Shown here piece by piece: positions 28,379 through 38,800 of a stretch of DNA of 64,000 nt. Both the position numbers and the translations under genes were made by a program. The DNA is from Coriobacteriia bacterium (GTDB lineage: Bacteria; Actinomycetota; Coriobacteriia; Coriobacteriales; UBA8131). Location: NCBI GenBank assembly GCA_009784945.1, contig WQXH01000006.1:1658-65657 (forward strand), in the 5' to 3' direction. The notes beneath the pieces were generated by a model that had not been told where the DNA came from, searched no databases, and saw only the letters and a list, made by a program, of their open reading frames with translations. Numbering within the stretch: the stretch's first letter is position 1; each line of letters starts with the position of its first letter.

Positions 28379-29575
28379 ATGAAGAAGACCAAAGTACTAC
28401 TTGTTGCGGCTTTGAGCCTGTCTTTGGCGGCAGGACTTTTTGGGCTGACTGCATGCGTTGGCGCAGGGGGCGTTGCTGCAACTATTAATGGTGAGCCAAT
28501 AATGGAAAAAGACGTCACCGAATCTATCGAAAGCATGCGTGCACAAAACCCCGAGTATAGCGACCCAGCTGCTTGGGCTGAGGCAATGGCTGGCAGCGGC
28601 CTGACGCCAGAATCATTGCGCGAGAGGGTTATTAAAGGTATGGCTCAAGAGATTCTCTTAAAAAAGGAAGCCGCAGAGCAGGGATTTACCGTAGATGAGG
28701 ATGCCATAAGAGAGTCAATTGAAAATACCAAGGCAACCACTGGCGTTGAAGATGATGCGGCATGGCTCGAGATGCTTCAAGCCTATGGCTATAAAGATGA
28801 GCAGGCCTATTTCGATAGCCTGCATTTCAATGAGCTTCAAAATCAGCTTTACGATTCTTTTGAGATTGTTCCCAGTGATGAAGATCTTCGCACCTTTATC
28901 TCGCAGGCTCCAGATGCAGTGGACGGTTTTCAACTGCCTGGAACAGAAGATGCTGAAGAACCAGTGGCCATCTCTCCCGACGACATTGACTTGGGCAGCA
29001 TCCCCGAAGATGTTCTTGATCAGTACAAAGATCTTTGGCTGAACAACAGCAGGGGAATGGCCTTTCAAGAGTGGGTTGAAGAACTGTTAGAAAACGCCGA
29101 TCTGGTCATCAACCCCATGCCCGAAAATGTTTCGTACAACGTAGACATGGATTCTGCTGACGGAACCCCCGAAGATGAATTCTACCCTGAAGAAGATGAG
29201 TTCGATGACACAAGCGATTACAGCTCTTCCGAAGCAGTTGCTGATGCCTTGGCGCAAGGCCTTGAGATTAATGACGAAGTCGTTGGCACGGGAGCCATTG
29301 CCGAGTCTGGCTCGCTGATAAGCGTGCACTATGAGGGAACCCTTGAAGATGGAACTGTCTTTGATAGCAATATGGAAGGCGACGAGCCCTTCCAACTCAC
29401 GCTTGGTAGGGGTCAGGTCATACGTGGTTGGGATGCAGGCATTGCTGGCATGCAGGAAGGCGGAACACGCACCTTGGTTATTCCCGCACCGCTCGCCTAT
29501 GGCGATGCTGACCTTGGTACCATTCCACCAAACTCGACACTATACTTTACCGTTGAACTTGTTGCTGTAAACTAG
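28379..29575 (+). CDS. Lipoprotein with a SurA-N-like chaperone region, an acidic linker and a C-terminal FKBP-type peptidyl-prolyl isomerase
   Basis: Lipobox LFGLTAC. FKBP core VHYEGTLEDGTVFDS...RGQVIRGWDAGIAGMQEGGTRTLVIPAPLAYG. Confidence 0.85.
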   Translation: MKKTKVLLVAALSLSLAAGLFGLTACVGAGGVAATINGEPIMEKDVTESIESMRAQNPEYSDPAAWAEAMAGSGLTPESLRERVIKGMAQEILLKKEAAEQGFTVDEDAIRESIENTKATTGVEDDAAWLEMLQAYGYKDEQAYFDSLHFNELQNQLYDSFEIVPSDEDLRTFISQAPDAVDGFQLPGTEDAEEPVAISPDDIDLGSIPEDVLDQYKDLWLNNSRGMAFQEWVEELLENADLVINPMPENVSYNVDMDSADGTPEDEFYPEEDEFDDTSDYSSSEAVADALAQGLEINDEVVGTGAIAESGSLISVHYEGTLEDGTVFDSNMEGDEPFQLTLGRGQVIRGWDAGIAGMQEGGTRTLVIPAPLAYGDADLGTIPPNSTLYFTVELVAVN

Positions 29576-29597
29576 TGCCCTTACTACATAGTTGCCC

Positions 29598-29636
29598 AAG
29601 AGAGAGGAGCGCTTGCGCTTCTCTCTCTTTCTCTTG
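29598..29636 (+). terminator. Rho-independent terminator candidate after the PPIase gene
   Basis: AGAGAGAGGAGCGC-TT-GCGCTTCTCTCTCT stem with one mismatch, followed by TTCTCTT. Confidence 0.5.
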
Positions 29637-29713
29637 GCTGGCTCTCAAGCGGTTCTCAAGCGATTGCGACAAAGTGGAGCCCTGCGAGCCACCTGTTTTG
29701 CTACAATGGTGGT

Positions 29714-31648
29714 ATGACTAAGAAACTATTAATGGGAAACGCAGCGGCGGCGCACGGCGCGTTAGCTGCTGGAGTGAATCTAATTTCTGGCTACCCAGGT
29801 ACGCCTTCGAGCGAACTGTTGGAAGTGGCTTCTGCCTTTGTGCAAAATGCTGTTGCAGACGGAGTCCTGAGCGCCGAGCAGGCACCTCACGTAGAATGGT
29901 CGGTCAACGAAAAAGCTGCTTTGGAAGTTGCCTATGGAGCCTCAATTTCGGGGGCTCGCGCCCTGGTTACCATGAAACAAGTTGGGCTCAATGTAGCAGC
30001 TGACCCCTTCATGACCATTGCAACCCTGGGTGTCAAAGGCGGCCTTGTGCTCTACGTGGCAGACGACCCAGGACCAATTTCGTCTCAAAATGAGCAGGAT
30101 ACTCGCTTGTATGCGCAGTTTGCCAAAATCCCCCTCCTCGACTCGTCGTCTCCAGAAGAACTCTTTGCCCTGATGCCTCGTGCCTTTAGACTCTCAGAGC
30201 AACACGGTTGTGCGGTCATCGTACGGGCTACCACGCGTATCTGCCATGGTAGTGCGCCCGTGCCAGCGGTGAACCGCTATAAACCTCATCCAATTAGTGG
30301 TTTTGAGCGAAACCCCCGGTGGGTGATATTTCCCCCTTTGGCATACCAGGCGCACCTTGCAGTACCCGAGCGCCTGCAATCCATCCTTGCCAATCCAGAC
30401 TTTTCTGATTTGAATTATCAGATAAGGGCAGATGATACTCCTGCTGAACTTGGTATTGTCGCTGGAGGTATTTCTTGGTCTTATCTACAAGACGTGCTTT
30501 GTCAATATAACTTGTCAGCTTCCTTTGACCTTTTGAAGCTTGGCGCGCCATTTCCTTTTCCGGAAGAGCTGGTTACCGACTTTCTCATGAGGCATAGAAC
30601 GGTATTGGTGTTTGAAGAACTCGAGCCCACCATCGAACGAGAGTTGCACCGAGTTGCCGGCAGCGAACAAACTGGCAGCTTCATCTATGGAAAACTCACC
30701 GGTACCACCCGTTTTGCAGGAGAGAACAGTGTGGCGATCATAAGCGACGATCTGCTGCACTTTTTGCGTGTGGTAGGCTTGTTGCCTAAGGAGCTTTTGC
30801 CGGAGGAGTCTTTGCTGGAGGAGTCTTTGCTGGAGGAGCTTGCTACCCTCACTCCTGAGCCCAGCTTTGATGAGCTTCTCATACCGCGCCCTCCCGTGCT
30901 TTGTGCTGGCTGCCCACATCGAGCTTCTTTCTACGCTGTCAAAAAGGCGCTGCAGGGCAAGAAGGCTTTTTTCTCTGGCGACATTGGCTGTTACACGCTT
31001 GGCAACTCTCTGCCGCTTAACATGGTTGACACCTGTGTATGCATGGGAGCTGGTTTTACCGTGCCTCAGGGCATGCACTGGGCCCAGCCAGATGCACTGC
31101 ATCTTGGCTTTGTAGGAGACTCCACCTTTTATGCAAGCGGGCTTACCGGCGTGGTCAATGCTGTGTATAACCAATCAGCCATTACCTTTGTGGTGCTCGA
31201 CAATGAGCTTACCGCCATGACGGGCTCGCAGCCGCATCCTGGCACGGGCTTACGCATGAGCTATGATGCCAAGGCTGATGATGTTCTGCGAGCACCTTCT
31301 ATTGCCCGCGTAATCGAAGCACTGGGAGTACGTCAGGTCTATGAGATCGATCCCTTAAAACTGCCTCAGGCTATTGAAGCCGTCACACAGGCAACACAGC
31401 TAACCGAGGTAAGTGCCGTGGTATTTAGGGCTCCCTGTGTCAACGTAGGCAAGCGTCAGGCGCCTCCGCAATTGCTGAGTGATGACTGTACCGGTTGCTG
31501 GATTTGTATCGACAGCATTGGTTGCCCAGCACTCATCATGAACGACAAGGCAGGCTTGGTGCATATAGATGAAGAGCACTGCTTTGGCTGTGATCTCTGT
31601 ACGCAGATATGCCCCACCAATGCTCTGGAGAGTACCAATGGCTCTTGA
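29714..31648 (+). CDS. iorA: Indolepyruvate:ferredoxin oxidoreductase alpha subunit
   Basis: N-terminus LMGNAAAAHGALAAGVNLISGYPGTPSSE, TPP-binding GDIGCY...GDSTFYASG, and two C-terminal 4Fe-4S motifs (CTGCWICIDSIGCP, CFGCDLCTQICP). Confidence 0.9.
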   Translation: MTKKLLMGNAAAAHGALAAGVNLISGYPGTPSSELLEVASAFVQNAVADGVLSAEQAPHVEWSVNEKAALEVAYGASISGARALVTMKQVGLNVAADPFMTIATLGVKGGLVLYVADDPGPISSQNEQDTRLYAQFAKIPLLDSSSPEELFALMPRAFRLSEQHGCAVIVRATTRICHGSAPVPAVNRYKPHPISGFERNPRWVIFPPLAYQAHLAVPERLQSILANPDFSDLNYQIRADDTPAELGIVAGGISWSYLQDVLCQYNLSASFDLLKLGAPFPFPEELVTDFLMRHRTVLVFEELEPTIERELHRVAGSEQTGSFIYGKLTGTTRFAGENSVAIISDDLLHFLRVVGLLPKELLPEESLLEESLLEELATLTPEPSFDELLIPRPPVLCAGCPHRASFYAVKKALQGKKAFFSGDIGCYTLGNSLPLNMVDTCVCMGAGFTVPQGMHWAQPDALHLGFVGDSTFYASGLTGVVNAVYNQSAITFVVLDNELTAMTGSQPHPGTGLRMSYDAKADDVLRAPSIARVIEALGVRQVYEIDPLKLPQAIEAVTQATQLTEVSAVVFRAPCVNVGKRQAPPQLLSDDCTGCWICIDSIGCPALIMNDKAGLVHIDEEHCFGCDLCTQICPTNALESTNGS

Positions 31649-32291
31649 ATCTTTTAATATCATTGTCAGCGGAGTGGGTGGCCAAGGAACTGTGCTATCC
31701 ATAAAGCTGCTGGCAGAGTGTGCCCTGGCCAGTGGGGCAGCTGTGCGCAGCGCCGAGACCATAGGCATGGCGCAGCGAGGTGGTGGGGTTTTAGGTCATG
31801 TGAGGATATCGCCACAAGGCAATGACCCCGTTAGCCACTCCCCTCTCATACCACTGGGGCAGGCGCAGCTTTTGATAGGCTTTGAGCCGGTTGAAACTCT
31901 CAGAGCCTATAGGTATTGCAGGCAGGGAGCCTTTGTTGTCACTGCTACCGAGCCGCTCATGCCGCCCACTGCCTCGCTCCAAAGGCTCAGCTACGATGGC
32001 AAAGCGCAGCTGGAGGCTCTTGAGCAAGAGGCGGTCAATGGTGGTATTTCGCAGCTGGTTTGCGTTGAAAACAGTACTGTCATGTCCTCATTGGGATTTG
32101 ACAAGGCTCTCAACGTCGTTTTGCTTGGAGCAGCCCTTGAAGTACTCAACGAGAGTGGCTCGCCTTACGCTTCTTTGCTCAGTCATGAAACCATGTGCGA
32201 TGTTATCAAAGCTTTGGTTAAACAACGCTACGTTGAACCAAATCTTCGAGCTCTCGAAATGGGGAGGAAACTGAGGGAGCAGCGAGGATAG
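31638..32291 (+). CDS. iorB: Indolepyruvate:ferredoxin oxidoreductase beta subunit
   Basis: MALESFNIIVSGVGGQGTVLS (gamma-type OFOR domain). The ATG at 31638 overlaps the iorA stop by 11 nt. Confidence 0.85.
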   Translation: MALESFNIIVSGVGGQGTVLSIKLLAECALASGAAVRSAETIGMAQRGGGVLGHVRISPQGNDPVSHSPLIPLGQAQLLIGFEPVETLRAYRYCRQGAFVVTATEPLMPPTASLQRLSYDGKAQLEALEQEAVNGGISQLVCVENSTVMSSLGFDKALNVVLLGAALEVLNESGSPYASLLSHETMCDVIKALVKQRYVEPNLRALEMGRKLREQRG

Positions 32292-32384
32292 AGCCGAGGC
32301 TGACAGTGCAATGGGTTGTTAAGCGTAAGATGCGGCGTGGCGTATGGTAAAGAGTGCAGGTTTACAAGATAGGATACTGTTGAC

Positions 32385-33620
32385 ATGTTGATGAAGGACG
32401 AAACACTCACACAAATAAAGACCTTACTTGCCACGATTAAGGACAAGAGTCCTTTTTATCATCAAAAGTATGCCGGCATTGATCCGCGCGATGTGCAAAG
32501 CCAGGCAGATTTTGAGGCGCTACCCTTTACAACCAAGGAAGACTTGCGCAATGCCTATCCGCTGGGTCTTGCCGCAGTGCCGGCCGACTCAATCGTTCGT
32601 ATTCACTCCTCTTCTGGTACTACGGGCACTCCCGTTATCATCCCCTATACGGCAAAAGACGTAGAGGATTGGTCTATCATGTTTGCCCGTTGTTATGAGA
32701 TGAGTGGCATTACCAGTCAAGATCGCATTCATATTACGCCGGGATACGGGCTTTGGACCGCCGGCATTGGCTTTCAGCTGGGAGCCGAGAGAATGGGGGC
32801 TATGGCTATTCCCATGGGCCCTGGCAATACCGACAAACAGCTTCAGATGATGATCGACCTGGGCTCAACGGTGCTTGGTGCTACCTCCAGCTATGCCCTT
32901 TTACTTGCTGAAACCATAGCTGAGCGTGGCATTGGCAGCCAAATCAAACTGCAAAAGGGAGTCATTGGTTCGGAGCGATGGGGCGAGAAGATGCGTCGAC
33001 GTATTGCTGCTGAGCTGGGGGTTGACTTGCACGATATCTACGGCCTCACCGAGATTTATGGACCTGGCATTGGCATCAACTGCGAGGCAGACGATGCTAT
33101 CCACCTATGGGACGACTACCTGTATGTAGAGATTATCGATCCTGCTACCGGAGAGATTGTGCCCGATGGCGAAGAAGGCGAACTGGTCATCACCACGTTG
33201 GTTAAGGAGGGCGCTCCCCTCATTCGCTACCGCACGCATGACCTTACGTGCCTGGTTACCGCTGCCTGCCCCTGTGGTGCCCCCTACCCACGCATTGAGC
33301 GGCTCGTTGGTCGCAGCGACGACATGGTCAAGGTCAAGGGCGTCAACATTTTTCCTGCGCATATCGAAGAAGCGCTTGCTGCAACAACGCATGCTTCCAG
33401 CGAATATCAGGTCATGGTTGATCACCTGCAAGGCAAAGACATCATGACGGTCTTCTTTGAAACTGACGCAACCGGTGACATGCGCCAGCGTACAGAAAAG
33501 GAGCTGCACGGCATCATAAAAGCCAAGCTTTCGCTCTCCGTTGTAGCCAAGGCAGTTGACCTCGGAGACCTACCCCGTTCTGAGAAAAAAACCAAGCGTA
33601 TTTTTGATAACCGCTATTAG
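32385..33620 (+). CDS. paaK: Phenylacetate-CoA ligase family (aryl-acetate CoA ligase)
   Basis: FTTKEDLR, HSSSGTTGTPVIIPYT, GYGLWTAGIGF, YGLTE, and a C-terminal ACT-like region. Follows iorAB. Confidence 0.88.
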   Translation: MLMKDETLTQIKTLLATIKDKSPFYHQKYAGIDPRDVQSQADFEALPFTTKEDLRNAYPLGLAAVPADSIVRIHSSSGTTGTPVIIPYTAKDVEDWSIMFARCYEMSGITSQDRIHITPGYGLWTAGIGFQLGAERMGAMAIPMGPGNTDKQLQMMIDLGSTVLGATSSYALLLAETIAERGIGSQIKLQKGVIGSERWGEKMRRRIAAELGVDLHDIYGLTEIYGPGIGINCEADDAIHLWDDYLYVEIIDPATGEIVPDGEEGELVITTLVKEGAPLIRYRTHDLTCLVTAACPCGAPYPRIERLVGRSDDMVKVKGVNIFPAHIEEALAATTHASSEYQVMVDHLQGKDIMTVFFETDATGDMRQRTEKELHGIIKAKLSLSVVAKAVDLGDLPRSEKKTKRIFDNRY

Positions 33621-33659
33621 TGCTGCATTAGGAGCAAAGAGTTTAGCGGTAGGCGCACG

Positions 33660-34139
33660 CTATTTAAGAAGCGGGAGTCTCATGTTGCTCATGCGAGAAG
33701 GCTCAATTTCTTCAAATCCAAGTTTTTGATAGAGCGCTTTGCCCAGCTCAGAAGCCCGTAGCTCAAGGTATGAGAGGTCTTGTTGTTGCGCCTCCTCAAT
33801 GAGCTTGCCCATGGTCATGAGGGCGTAGCCTTTTCTTCGATGCTCTGGATAGGTAAGTACGTTAAGAATGGTTCCTGTCTTTCCTGTGGGAAACACCGGA
33901 CTGGCTGGCTTTTCTGCCACCACCAAGAAGGCCACTGAAACGATGTTGCCAGCATCAACTATAAGGGCAGCAAAAAAATCGTCTCCCAGGTGCTGGTTAA
34001 AATATGACTTCAAGCTGCCCTTAATTGCCGTCCGGCTCTCAGAATCCATATCAAAACCCTGATCATCAAAGAAGTCTAGCCTTGCTTGAATAAGCATTTC
34101 TATTTCGCTGTTTGCTGCCATTTTCAATTTTACCGTCAT
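33660..34139 (-). CDS. GNAT-family N-acetyltransferase
   Basis: Acetyl-CoA-binding motif HRRKGYALMTMGKLIEEA, with beta-strand patterning typical of GNAT. Confidence 0.85.
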   Translation of the reverse strand: MTVKLKMAANSEIEMLIQARLDFFDDQGFDMDSESRTAIKGSLKSYFNQHLGDDFFAALIVDAGNIVSVAFLVVAEKPASPVFPTGKTGTILNVLTYPEHRRKGYALMTMGKLIEEAQQQDLSYLELRASELGKALYQKLGFEEIEPSRMSNMRLPLLK

Positions 34140-34287
34140 TGTCTGTACTCCAACAGTCTCTATCTACTTTTATGCCCATTAAGCGCCTTGGTGGTAACGA
34201 TACCATACTTGTAACGTTACTAAATAGTGTCATCGTCAGATGTCTACTTGCACTGGAGGGAGACCTCATTTAAAATAGGTACTCGTT

Positions 34288-34363
34288 GCGGACATGGCTC
34301 AGCTGGTAGAGCATCACCTTGCCAAGGTGAGGGTCGCGGGTTCGAATCCCGTTGTCCGCTCCA
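34288..34363 (+). tRNA. tRNA-Gly (anticodon GCC)
   Basis: Acceptor GCGGACA/TGTCCGC, anticodon stem TCACC/GGTGA with loop TTGCCAA, T loop TTCGAAT, discriminator U, encoded CCA. Confidence 0.92.
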
Positions 34364-34419
34364 AGCAACTACGAGGCCGGTCGAGCTCTTCGGCCGGCTT
34401 CTTACGCAGTGCAGCACAA

Positions 34420-34493
34420 GGCGACGTGGCCAAGTGGTAAGGCAGAGGCCTGCAAAGCCTTTATCACCGGTTCGAATCCGGTCGTCGCCTCCA
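34420..34493 (+). tRNA. tRNA-Cys (anticodon GCA)
   Basis: Acceptor GGCGACG/CGTCGCC, anticodon loop CTGCAAA, T arm ACCGG-TTCGAAT-CCGGT, encoded CCA. Confidence 0.9.
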
Positions 34494-34588
34494 AGAGCTT
34501 TAGCCACTTGATGCTGTTGCATAGAAGGGTTTTGCTGCTGGCTACAATAAGGGTACTGTGTAAGTAACGAGAGGGGCACAGTCTGCAC

Positions 34589-35299
34589 GTGATCAAAGCA
34601 ATTTTTTTTGATGTTGGCGCTACGCTTCTTACCCCTGCAGATAATGAGGGAGTCACCTTTGCTCGTCTCGCAAAAGAACATGGTTTTTGGGTAGACCCTG
34701 TGGAGGTTGCCAAGAAGATTCCCCTTATGTATGAGCTCTACGAACAACGCTACGAACAAGATGACTCCTTTTGGAGCGATGATGCGCGTGCACGGGCTGT
34801 ATGGATTGAGATGTATGAGTACATGGCCTCCCTCTTGGGGCTTGACGAGCAATGCGGAAGCACATTGGCTCAAGCTGTCTATAGCTACTACTTCTCGCAT
34901 GAAGCATGGAAGCTCTTTGATGACGTACTGCCCACCCTTGAAACGCTTCGTAAGTGCTCGTATCGCATGGCGCTCATTTCTAACTGGGATGCTACGCTTA
35001 TTTCGATAATTGATGGCCTGGGCATAGCTCATTATTTTGAAGCCATCATATCGAGTGCTGATGTGCGCCTCCATAAACCCATGCCGCAAATATTTCAATT
35101 GGCGCTTGATGCTTTGGGTGTTAATGCCAGCGAGGCGCTCCATGTGGGCGATCACCCCTATGCAGATGTTGAAGGAGCTCGTGAGGTTGGCATTAGGCCC
35201 GTGCTGCTCGACAGACACAGCCTTTATGAAAACTTCAACGAACTGAGAATAAAAAGTCTGCTGGACATCAAAACTGTGCTTGAGACTTCTGATAATTAA
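34589..35299 (+). CDS. HAD-superfamily hydrolase (subfamily IA)
   Basis: Motif I FFDVGATLL, motif II ALISNW, motif III/IV K...VGDHPYADVEGA. GTG start. Confidence 0.85.
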   Translation: MIKAIFFDVGATLLTPADNEGVTFARLAKEHGFWVDPVEVAKKIPLMYELYEQRYEQDDSFWSDDARARAVWIEMYEYMASLLGLDEQCGSTLAQAVYSYYFSHEAWKLFDDVLPTLETLRKCSYRMALISNWDATLISIIDGLGIAHYFEAIISSADVRLHKPMPQIFQLALDALGVNASEALHVGDHPYADVEGAREVGIRPVLLDRHSLYENFNELRIKSLLDIKTVLETSDN

Positions 35300-35374
35300 A
35301 AAAGGGTCGTTAGGTAATGCTGTATAAGCGTACTCATATGCTATGATACAAAAAACGTAAGAGGAGGTGATACT

Positions 35375-35584
35375 GTGGCTTACACAAAAGAGACGCTGCT
35401 GGAAGTGCTGTTGGATGATCCAGAGGGAATGGAGATTGCTGAAACGATACTTCCTGGCAAGCTCAACAACCCCATGATTGGCATGGTAAAGAAAATGCCT
35501 CTAGAAAAAGTTGCGGCTTTTCCGCAGGCAGGGCTTTCTCCAGAAGATCTGGACAAGCTGATCGAGGCACTCAACAACCGATAG
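35375..35584 (+). CDS. Small acidic hypothetical protein (69 aa)
   Basis: Strong RBS AAGAGGAGGTGA 5 nt before the GTG. No recognisable motifs. Followed by a hairpin interrupted by a MITE. Confidence 0.5.
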   Translation: MAYTKETLLEVLLDDPEGMEIAETILPGKLNNPMIGMVKKMPLEKVAAFPQAGLSPEDLDKLIEALNNR

Positions 35585-35632
35585 TCACCTGAATTCAAGT
35601 CCATAAGAGCCCCTTGTTGCAAATAGACAAGG

Positions 35633-35743
35633 TTACTGATCAGACCCAATTAGTCATTGCGGGCTTGACCCGCAATCTGAGACGCATTTTGGTTAGATTG
35701 CGGCTCGGAGGCCGCAATGACGGACTACAGTCTGACTAGTAAC
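35633..35743 (+). mobile_element. MITE-like element, copy A (111 bp)
   Basis: Terminal inverted repeats TTACTGATCAGAC / GTCTGACTAGTAA. Two internal 8-bp-stem hairpins (ATTGCGGG..CCCGCAAT; ATTGCGGC..GCCGCAAT). Flanked by the perfect 9-bp direct repeat TAGACAAGG (35624-35632 and 35744-35752). About 95% identical to the copies at 55320 and 61398. Confidence 0.7.
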
Positions 35744-35846
35744 TAGACAAGGGGCTCTTATGCTGCGTCGATTAGATATTGCTATTGTTTTGACAGAATA
35801 TGCGCTATACTGAGAACTCTTATTATTGAAGGAACGGGGGCGGACT

Positions 35847-38800
35847 ATGTGTGGGATGAAAAGAGCACTGTCGCTTGCGCTATCAATGCTGATAGCACTC
35901 TCTTTAACGCCGCTTGGCGCAATTGCCTTTGCACTTGAAGAAAACTCTGGCTTGTCTGAAGTTGGGAGCACTTCTTTTGATACTGCCGAAGAAGCCTCCG
36001 CAGAGGTACCCGGTGATACGTCCGATGATACAACCGCGAAGGCGACCGAGGAAACAACCGAAGGCACACTCGAGACTAATCCAGTGGACTCACGCGAAAC
36101 TTCTCCTGAATACCCTGGAGAGAACTCCCTTGATAACGCCTTGGATGACCCTCTCAATGATTCACCTGAGCAGAGCATTGACGGCTTTGAGGCAGAAACT
36201 CCACAGCAGGAGGGTGGAGCACTGGTTGCGTCTCATGAAGAGGATGCAGAGGAGCCTGATGGCTCTTTGAGCGAGCTCGGGGCGGACGAGGCAGACCCCT
36301 CTCTCAGCACCTATGCAGAACTTGCGTGGACGGGCAGTGCGCCCCCCGTAGTTGAAGACGGTGACTCAGTAACGCTCGGTGGTATGCCTTCTGGCACCTT
36401 GACGGTTCCTGCAGGGGCAACCATAGCCATAGGCGGCACGGTATCGGGCACCACAGCAGGCATAAGCCTCAACATTGGCTCAGGTGCAACCATTCTTTGG
36501 AGCGCCTTTTTGCAAGGCACTCGAGCCCGTACTGCTGACGCACTTATCACCGTGGGAGGCGGAGGCATGTTGGCCCTTGAGTCGTGCACTATAGCTAACT
36601 CAGGAACAGGCTCTTCGCTCATTATCAACGGCGCAAACACATCTGTGGTGGTGGGTGGTGGCGCCATTATTGATTCGGGTGGTGCAAGTGGCAACTCAGT
36701 ACTGATTGCTGCTTCTCAGGCTGTGCTGACGGTTGAGGCCGGCGGTTTGATAGAGAGCCAAGATACCAATTCTCACGCTACTGTCCTCATTCAAAATGGC
36801 ATTCTTGGCACCACTGTCAACGTAAACGGAGGCACCATCCTTTCCATTGGCAGTGGCTACGCAATCAGCGATGGCTCCTCATTTGACACTGGAACCAGCA
36901 ATACCAGTCACATTGCCATACAGAGCGGCTCAATAATCTCAGGCTCTGCCTGTGCCATTCGTTCATCGGGCACAGGCTCTTCCGTTGTAGTGAGTGGTGG
37001 CCTCGTTACCAATGCCGCTGCCAACAATGTTAATCCAACAATCAACATGAATGGCGGAACAGGCACCAATGTCATCGTTGAGGGAGGCACCGTTCAAGCT
37101 ACTTTGGAAACAGGTAATGGCTTTGCTATTCAGACTACCGGCAATGTTTTGGTAAGTGACGGCCTGGTTTCTGCGGTAAATGGACGCGCCATTAACCTCA
37201 TAGGCGCTCTCTCAACTGCTACCGTTAACGGAGGCACTGTGCAGGTAACTGGAACCAGCGCCAGCTCAGCTGCCATCAGCACCGCTACTGATAATCCTGC
37301 AACCGTCATTAACGCCTCAATTCGAGTAAGTGGAAGCGGCAAGGTAGTGGCTGTCAATGGAAATGCCATCAACGCCACTGGCGCAAACAACTATGTGACT
37401 GTCGAAGGTGGCAGCGTCTTAACAACTGGTGGAGGTAACGCCATCAATGCCGGAGGTGCAAGCGCTACCATTAGTGTCATTGACGGCATCGTGCAAACAA
37501 CAGGCAGTGGAAACGGCATCAGTGCAAGCGGTGCCAATGCTCAAGTGCTTGCAGGCGGAGGCATGGTACAAAGCCTGGGCAGCGGCCATGCAATTTCTGC
37601 TACAGGTACAAACGCATACGTGGGCATAGACGGCGGCAAAGTGCGTGCCAGTGGCAGCGGTAACGCCATCAATACCACAGGTGCAAGCGCAACGGTAATC
37701 GTTAATAATACTGCTGACATCCCAAGCGGCAGTCAGGTTTCGGCCACTACAGGCTGGGCAATCAATGCCACCAGTACCGTGAGAGTTTTGGGCGGTTTTG
37801 TGTTTGCCTATGGCCAAACCGACAGCGAGGTTATCCGAAGCTCCTACTCTCTTAACAGTCCCAGCGGCAATGGCGTAGTGGTTGCTTGGAAAACGCCAAG
37901 CGTTTACACCTACGTAAAAGAAACCGCAGAAGGTCTGGCTGTTTACCCCACTTCAGTAGCCAGCGCAACGTGGATTTTTGGAGGTATAGACTACAGTCTG
38001 GGCACAGGTGCTGGCTTCTTTGAAATAGACGTGACGGTATTTGCAGACAACGGTCTAATTTTCAACGTTAACGATGGCAAATTCTACGTCAACATGGACG
38101 GAAGCGGAAATCCCTACAGTGCAGCTAACAGCGGCTTTGAATACACTCCTCCCCCGGGCACCACTACGTGGGACTCCTCAAGTAACACCCTGACGCTCGA
38201 CAACTTCAGTTGGAACGCTAACATGCTTGACGGTACAGACAGTGTGCAGGTTTCACTGATTCTTTATGGAGATACAAGCTCGCTCACTATTGACCTTGCA
38301 AGCGGCAGTACCAACAGCTTTGTCTCATCCTCAAAGGGGCAAACAGTAGCACAAAACGGCCTTGCAGGTATATACGCATTTCACAACGTAGGCACACTGA
38401 CCATAACCGGCAGCGGCACCTTACAGGCAGTAGGCGGAACTATGTCTGCAGCTGGAAGCATGAGTCATGGCATTATCTTTGAATGCAACGTGATTATTGC
38501 AGGCGGCACGGTCATAGCCAGCGGTGGTACGACTACCTATACCAGCACTGGGCTGTTTCGTGGTGTTAGCGGCTGCGACCTTACCATTGATGGCGGTAGT
38601 CTTGTTGCGAGCGGTGCGGCAGTTTCCAGCACTGGTACCAGTGCTATTAGCGCAGGCATCTGGCTGTATGGCACCACGGGCAACTGCACTATTAAAAGCG
38701 GCACAGTTGCCACGAGCGGAGGACTAACTACTGCCGCACAGCTTGCCATAAGCACAGGAATTATTGGCAGCTTTGGGGTCACTGGTGGCACAGTAACCGC

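Noticed and set aside
28102-28488. 128-aa plus-strand ORF spanning the metY/PPIase intergenic region
   Set aside because: It begins inside the palindromic element and overlaps, out of frame, the well-supported lipoprotein start at 28379. It has no RBS and no motifs.
30515-31174. 219-aa minus-strand ORF inside iorA
   Set aside because: It is antisense to a gene with strong TPP and Fe-S motifs, and it has no RBS or motifs of its own.
34244-35218. 324-aa minus-strand ORF
   Set aside because: It runs antisense through two well-formed tRNA genes (Gly, Cys) and through the HAD hydrolase gene, which has clear catalytic motifs. It has no motifs of its own and is most likely a chance open frame.
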